DNA of 32,049 bases from Candidatus Velthaea sp. GTDB lineage: Bacteria > Vulcanimicrobiota > Vulcanimicrobiia > Vulcanimicrobiales > Vulcanimicrobiaceae. A program made the position numbers and the translations under genes. How positions within the stretch are numbered: the stretch's first letter is position 1; every line of letters begins with the position of its first letter. Below are positions 28,017-32,049 of this stretch, in pieces. The notes beneath the pieces were generated by a model. It was not told where the DNA came from, ran no database searches, and saw nothing but the letters and a program-made list of their open reading frames with translations. The stretch covers positions 1-32,049 of the forward strand of contig JBEKHC010000060.1 in assembly GCA_050012475.1 (NCBI GenBank). Reading direction: 5' to 3'.

Positions 28017-29084
28017 TTGGCCACTGAGAAAAACAGCGCTCTATCGGTAAGTCCCGGAGTCGCGAACCCGCCTTCGATCGTCGAGCCGAAGGCGGTTCGG
28101 CGCCGCCGGCTCTCGTTGCAGGAGTACGTCGGGGGAATTCTGCGGGGGGACCGCATGGTGCTGGCCAAGGCCATCACGCTCATCGAGAGCACGCTGCCCG
28201 CGGATTACGACCTCGCGCAGGACATTCTGCAGGCGTGTCTGCCGAAGGCCGGAAACGCGCTGCGCATCGGAATCACCGGTGTTCCCGGCGCCGGCAAGAG
28301 CACATTTTTGGAGGCGCTGGGAACGCGGCTTGCCGCTGAAGGAATGAAGCTCGCCGTGCTCGCCGTTGATCCCAGCAGCGAGCGCTCCGGGGGAAGCATC
28401 CTGGGCGACAAGACGCGGATGGAGAAGCTCTCCACGAGCGAGAGCGCGTTCATCCGCCCGTCTCCGGCCAGCGGCTCGCTGGGCGGAGTGGCGCGCCGTA
28501 CGCGCGAGACCATGATCCTCTGCGAAGCCGCCGGCTTCCGCACCATCTTTGTGGAAACGGTGGGCGTCGGCCAGTCGGAGACACTGGTGCACGGCATGGT
28601 GGATTTTTTTCTGCTGCTCATGATCGCTGGTGCGGGCGATCAATTACAGGGTATCAAGCGCGGCATCATCGAGATGGCGGATATGCTGGCCATCAACAAG
28701 GCTGACGGCGACAACCGTTCGAGCGCCGAGGCGGCGCGCCAGGAGTTTGCCTCGGCTATGCACATGTTCGCGCCGCGAGCTGACGGCTGGATTCCGCCGG
28801 TACGAACATGTTCTGCGCAAACCGGCGCGGGAATACAAGATATCTGGGAGACGATCACGGGCTTCGAGCTGCGGGCGAAGAAGAATGGTTTCTTCCAAGC
28901 CAATCGCCGCAATCAGCGGATCCGCTGGCTCACCGACAGCATCGATAGCAACCTGCTGATGGAATTCTGGAATGACCCGCGGGTCAAAGCGCAGTTCGCT
29001 TCGATTCAGAACGAGATCGAAAACGGCGATCTGTATTCCGGACGTGCGGCGCGGCGGCTCTTGGAAGCATTCAGGAGCCGCTAA
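28017..29084 (+). CDS. meaB: Methylmalonyl-CoA mutase-associated GTPase
   Basis: GITGVPGAGKST, VDPSS..SGGSILGDKTRM, ETVGVGQSE, NKADG. Confidence 0.96.
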   Translation: MATEKNSALSVSPGVANPPSIVEPKAVRRRRLSLQEYVGGILRGDRMVLAKAITLIESTLPADYDLAQDILQACLPKAGNALRIGITGVPGAGKSTFLEALGTRLAAEGMKLAVLAVDPSSERSGGSILGDKTRMEKLSTSESAFIRPSPASGSLGGVARRTRETMILCEAAGFRTIFVETVGVGQSETLVHGMVDFFLLLMIAGAGDQLQGIKRGIIEMADMLAINKADGDNRSSAEAARQEFASAMHMFAPRADGWIPPVRTCSAQTGAGIQDIWETITGFELRAKKNGFFQANRRNQRIRWLTDSIDSNLLMEFWNDPRVKAQFASIQNEIENGDLYSGRAARRLLEAFRSR

Positions 29085-29333
29085 TCGCGCAGGCGCGCAA
29101 TCGTCGTCGAGGGCTACCGCGCCCCGGTCGCGTTTGACTGCAGTTCCACCGGACCAGCCTTCTCCGCTCAGACGAATGTCGCACCCGGCCGTCGACGTCC
29201 GGCGGTGCAGCGATTCCGACCTTCTCACTCGGGTAGCGCGGTGCTTTGGGACTTGCGTCACCAACAAAGGCGACGCGGTAACGTACGATGATGTTGCGGC
29301 GTCGGAGTGCCGCCTTACCGTCGAGGTCTTATT

Positions 29334-31064
29334 TTGCGCATCTTGATGATCCAGCCGAACTATCATGCCGGGGGCGCGGAGATCGCCGGAAACTGGCCGC
29401 CGGGCTGGGCGGCGTATGTCGGGGGTGCGATCCGCCACGGTGGATTCCCCGACGTGGAATTCCTCGATGCGATGGCGTTCTATATCGAGCATGACGAACT
29501 GCGCGAGCGCATCCGCGAGAAGCAGCCCGACGTCGTGCTGGCGACCGCAATCACGCCCATGATCTACAAGGCCCAAGAAACCCTCAAGGTCGCGAAGGAG
29601 GCCTGCCCGGGCATCCTGACAATTTTGGGCGGCATTCACCCGACGTTCATGTACGGCCAAGTCCTGTCCGAGGCGCCCTGGATCGACTACATCGTGCGCG
29701 GCGAGGGTGAAGAGATCATCGTCAACCTGCTGCGGTCGATCGAAGCCGGAACGATCGAAACGGATCGCGGCACGATCAAAGGGTTGGCGTATCTCGAGGA
29801 CGGCAAACTCGTCGCTACGCCCGCGCATCCCGTCATCGCCGATCTCGATACGCTCACGCCCGACTGGAGCCTGCTCAAGTGGGATAAGTACATCTACATT
29901 CCGCTCAACACGCGCGTCGCCGTTCCAAATTTCGCGCGCGGCTGCCCGTTTACATGCCGCTTCTGCTCGCAGTGGAAATTCTGGCGCAAATACCGCACGC
30001 GCGATCCGATTAAATTCGTCGACGAAATCGAGATGCTCGTCCGCGATTACAAAATCGGCTTCTTCATTCTCGCCGATGAGGAGCCGACGATTCACCGCAA
30101 AAAGTTCATTGCTTTCTGCGAAGAGATGGTTCGGCGCAACGTCAAGGTCCATTGGGGCATCAACACGCGCGTGACGGATATTCTGCGCGACGCGGAGTAT
30201 TTGCCGCTGTTCCGCAAGGCCGGACTGCTGCATATTTCGCTCGGCACCGAAGCCGCCGCTCAAATGAAGCTGGATCTCTTCCGCAAACAGACCACGATCG
30301 AACAGAACAAGAAGGCGATCAAGCTGATCCGCGATGCGGGGATGGTTGCCGAAGCGCAATTCATCATGGGACTCGAGGGGGAAACGAAAGAAACGATCGA
30401 GGAGACGTACCGGCTCGCCCTCGATTGGGAAGTCGATATGGCGAACTGGAACATGTACACGCCGTGGCCGTTCGCCGAGCTGTTCGAGGATTTGGGCGAT
30501 CGGGTAGAGATCCGCGACTACTCCAAGTACAACTTCGTCACGCCGATCATGAAGCCCGACGAGATCGAGCGCGAAGACGTGCTCAAGGGCGTGCTCAAGA
30601 ACTACGCACGCTTCTATATGGGCAAGGCGTTCTTCAAGTATCCCTTCATCAAGGACCGCTTCAAACGCAAATACATGCTGGGCTGCCTCGTGGCATTCGC
30701 GAAGTCGACGGCGACCAAGAAGTTTTACGATCTCGAGCGCCTGAAATTCCGCGGTTTGAAGACCGAAGTGCAGTTCGGCTTCGATGAGACGAAGATCCTC
30801 ACACGTGAGCAGATCGCGGATCAGAAGATCGCCGAACCGAATCTGAGCGCAGCCATCACGTACACCGCAGCGCGCCCAGGAGCGCCAGCCCTGCCGTCTT
30901 CGTCGGCAGTGAGCGCATGCGGAGCGCCGAACGACTTGCCCGACGCGGACGCCTTGATCGCTGCAAAAGCGCAGGCGGAACAGGCGAACGGCGTTCTGAG
31001 CCCGTGCGGTGCGCCCAATGACCTGCCCGCTCCGGCCGACGAACTTGCGGAGGTGCGCAGCTAA
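29334..31064 (+). CDS. bchE: Anaerobic Mg-protoporphyrin IX monomethyl ester oxidative cyclase (B12-binding radical SAM)
   Basis: Characteristic N-terminus MRILMIQPNYHAGGAEIAGNWPP (TTG start, GAGG RBS), ARGCPFTCRFCSQWKFWR, ILADEEP, DMANWNMYTPWPF, YNFVTPI. Confidence 0.93.
   Translation: MRILMIQPNYHAGGAEIAGNWPPGWAAYVGGAIRHGGFPDVEFLDAMAFYIEHDELRERIREKQPDVVLATAITPMIYKAQETLKVAKEACPGILTILGGIHPTFMYGQVLSEAPWIDYIVRGEGEEIIVNLLRSIEAGTIETDRGTIKGLAYLEDGKLVATPAHPVIADLDTLTPDWSLLKWDKYIYIPLNTRVAVPNFARGCPFTCRFCSQWKFWRKYRTRDPIKFVDEIEMLVRDYKIGFFILADEEPTIHRKKFIAFCEEMVRRNVKVHWGINTRVTDILRDAEYLPLFRKAGLLHISLGTEAAAQMKLDLFRKQTTIEQNKKAIKLIRDAGMVAEAQFIMGLEGETKETIEETYRLALDWEVDMANWNMYTPWPFAELFEDLGDRVEIRDYSKYNFVTPIMKPDEIEREDVLKGVLKNYARFYMGKAFFKYPFIKDRFKRKYMLGCLVAFAKSTATKKFYDLERLKFRGLKTEVQFGFDETKILTREQIADQKIAEPNLSAAITYTAARPGAPALPSSSAVSACGAPNDLPDADALIAAKAQAEQANGVLSPCGAPNDLPAPADELAEVRS
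30912..31028 (+). repeat. Duplicated S(A/P)CGAPNDLP peptide in the BchE C-terminal tail (87-nt period)
   Basis: Copies at 30912-30941 and 30999-31028; synonymous codon differences with the peptide conserved. Confidence 0.8.
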
Positions 31065-31082
31065 CCTGCGCGTTCGTCGAGC

Positions 31083-31370
31083 TTACGACGGGGGTTCGAT
31101 GATTTGAACCTGGGGTGCAAACGTGATGTACCCGGTGATTTCATCGATATCGAGCGGCGCCGGATAGAACCATGCCGCGTCGGCCAGCAGCTTGCCGGCG
31201 ACATCGAGATGGTAATAATTCGCGATTCCGCGCTGCGGGTCGGTCGTGTGCGTATCCGATGCCCGAAAATGACGATAGTCGATCGAATAGGGTGGAAAGA
31301 AGTGCTTTCCGTCGACGACCTCCGTTTCGTCACTCTGGGCGAGAACGGCTCCGTTCCACAGCGCCTTCAA
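31083..31370 (-). CDS. DUF427-family protein
   Basis: MKALWNGAVLAQSD, FFP, G.A.YY, AAW.YP.P, I.GY..F pattern; TTG start with GGAGG RBS. Confidence 0.8.
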   Translation of the reverse strand: MKALWNGAVLAQSDETEVVDGKHFFPPYSIDYRHFRASDTHTTDPQRGIANYYHLDVAGKLLADAAWFYPAPLDIDEITGYITFAPQVQIIEPPS

Positions 31371-31626
31371 TCGTTTCGTTACGCCTCCGCTGATGCTTCG
31401 CGATCAGACTGTTGTTCAGTCGTTCGCGTTCATCCTCGTGACGCGATCGCGCGATCAGCTGCCTCGCCTTCGATCCGAATGGGCCGCGCCGGGTTGGGTA
31501 AAGCCGCGCAGGCACGCGGCCGGAGAATCATCGGCGAACCCATTTGTGTGTTCGAATGGGACCCGGCAGGGACGAGATATTTGCGATCCAGGAGGTTTCC
31601 AAAAAAAGGACCATCCGGGCCGAGCG

Positions 31627-32049
31627 TTAGCCGTATGTGAGGTCTGTGGTCTGTCCGACCTCGATAATATAACCGTCAGGATCGCGGATGTAGCAGCGAA
31701 TCTCGCCGTACTTGGGAATCGGCTCGGTGATGAACTCGGCCCCTCGACTCTTCCATAGTTCATAACACGCTTGAATATCCGCAACGCGGATATTCATAAA
31801 GCTGCTGATCTCATCCGGGTCGGCGAGGACGCTGAGCGTTACCGTCGGCTTGTCCGGGGTGGGCCCGCCCCCGACGTTGACAATGAGCCACGTGTTCGCA
31901 ATCTGAATGTGCCCGGACGCACCCTTGCTGTCGCCCAGGCTCAGAACGCGGCTGCCGAAAATCCTTTCATAAAAACGAGCCGATCGGTCGATGTCGGCGA
32001 CGGTGATGAAATGCGTGACGGTGAACCCCTCCCGCGGGGGCATCTCATA
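31627..32049 (-). CDS. VOC / glyoxalase-bleomycin-resistance family protein (true start possibly beyond the window edge)
   Basis: ITVADIDRSARFY..IFG, NIRVADIQ, GAEF, YIRDPDGYIIEV; frame is open to the window end, first ATG at 32043. Confidence 0.88.
   Translation of the reverse strand, partial: YEMPPREGFTVTHFITVADIDRSARFYERIFGSRVLSLGDSKGASGHIQIANTWLIVNVGGGPTPDKPTVTLSVLADPDEISSFMNIRVADIQACYELWKSRGAEFITEPIPKYGEIRCYIRDPDGYIIEVGQTTDLTYG

Noticed and set aside
29085..29333. PpsR (TGT-N12-ACA) or FNR (TTGAT-N4-ATCAA) sites upstream of bchE
   Set aside because: No adequate match found
28644..30359. Long antisense ORFs (571 aa here, also 25440-26528, 17949-18863, 12288-13211 and 84-821)
   Set aside because: Shadow frames of well-supported genes on the opposite strand in GC-rich DNA

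Overview
GC-rich bacterial window with three parts. (1) 135-15229: a signalling and stress island holding two paralogous, outward-facing cytoplasmic multi-PAS histidine kinase / FixJ-NodW-type regulator cassettes. Cargo genes include a redoxin, a cytochrome P460/c'-beta-family protein, a Tat-exported epoxide hydrolase, a 3-methyladenine glycosylase, a secreted beta-rich protein and an unlisted 50-aa protein. Most transcription units share a repeated TATAC-N4-GTATA-like box placed next to a sigma70-type promoter, and several gene remnants are interleaved, including a nitroalkane-oxidase-like ACAD pseudogene. (2) 15275-22466: zwf, a Rox-like FAD monooxygenase preceded by a perfect 19-bp palindrome resembling the rifamycin-associated element (RAE), a SAM methyltransferase, bacterioferritin, a beta-propeller remnant and an S1/P1 nuclease. 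(3) 22733-32049: a cobalamin-enzyme cluster (PduO-type adenosyltransferase, divergent from mutA-mutB-meaB) directly followed by bchE, the anaerobic B12/radical-SAM Mg-protoporphyrin monomethyl ester cyclase, then DUF427 and VOC proteins. bchE suggests a chlorophototroph. The small and secreted protein families tentatively suggest Ca. Eremiobacterota (WPS-2), from recollection only. No rRNA, tRNA, CRISPR array or intact mobile element was seen. All family assignments come from motif recognition; no searches were run.
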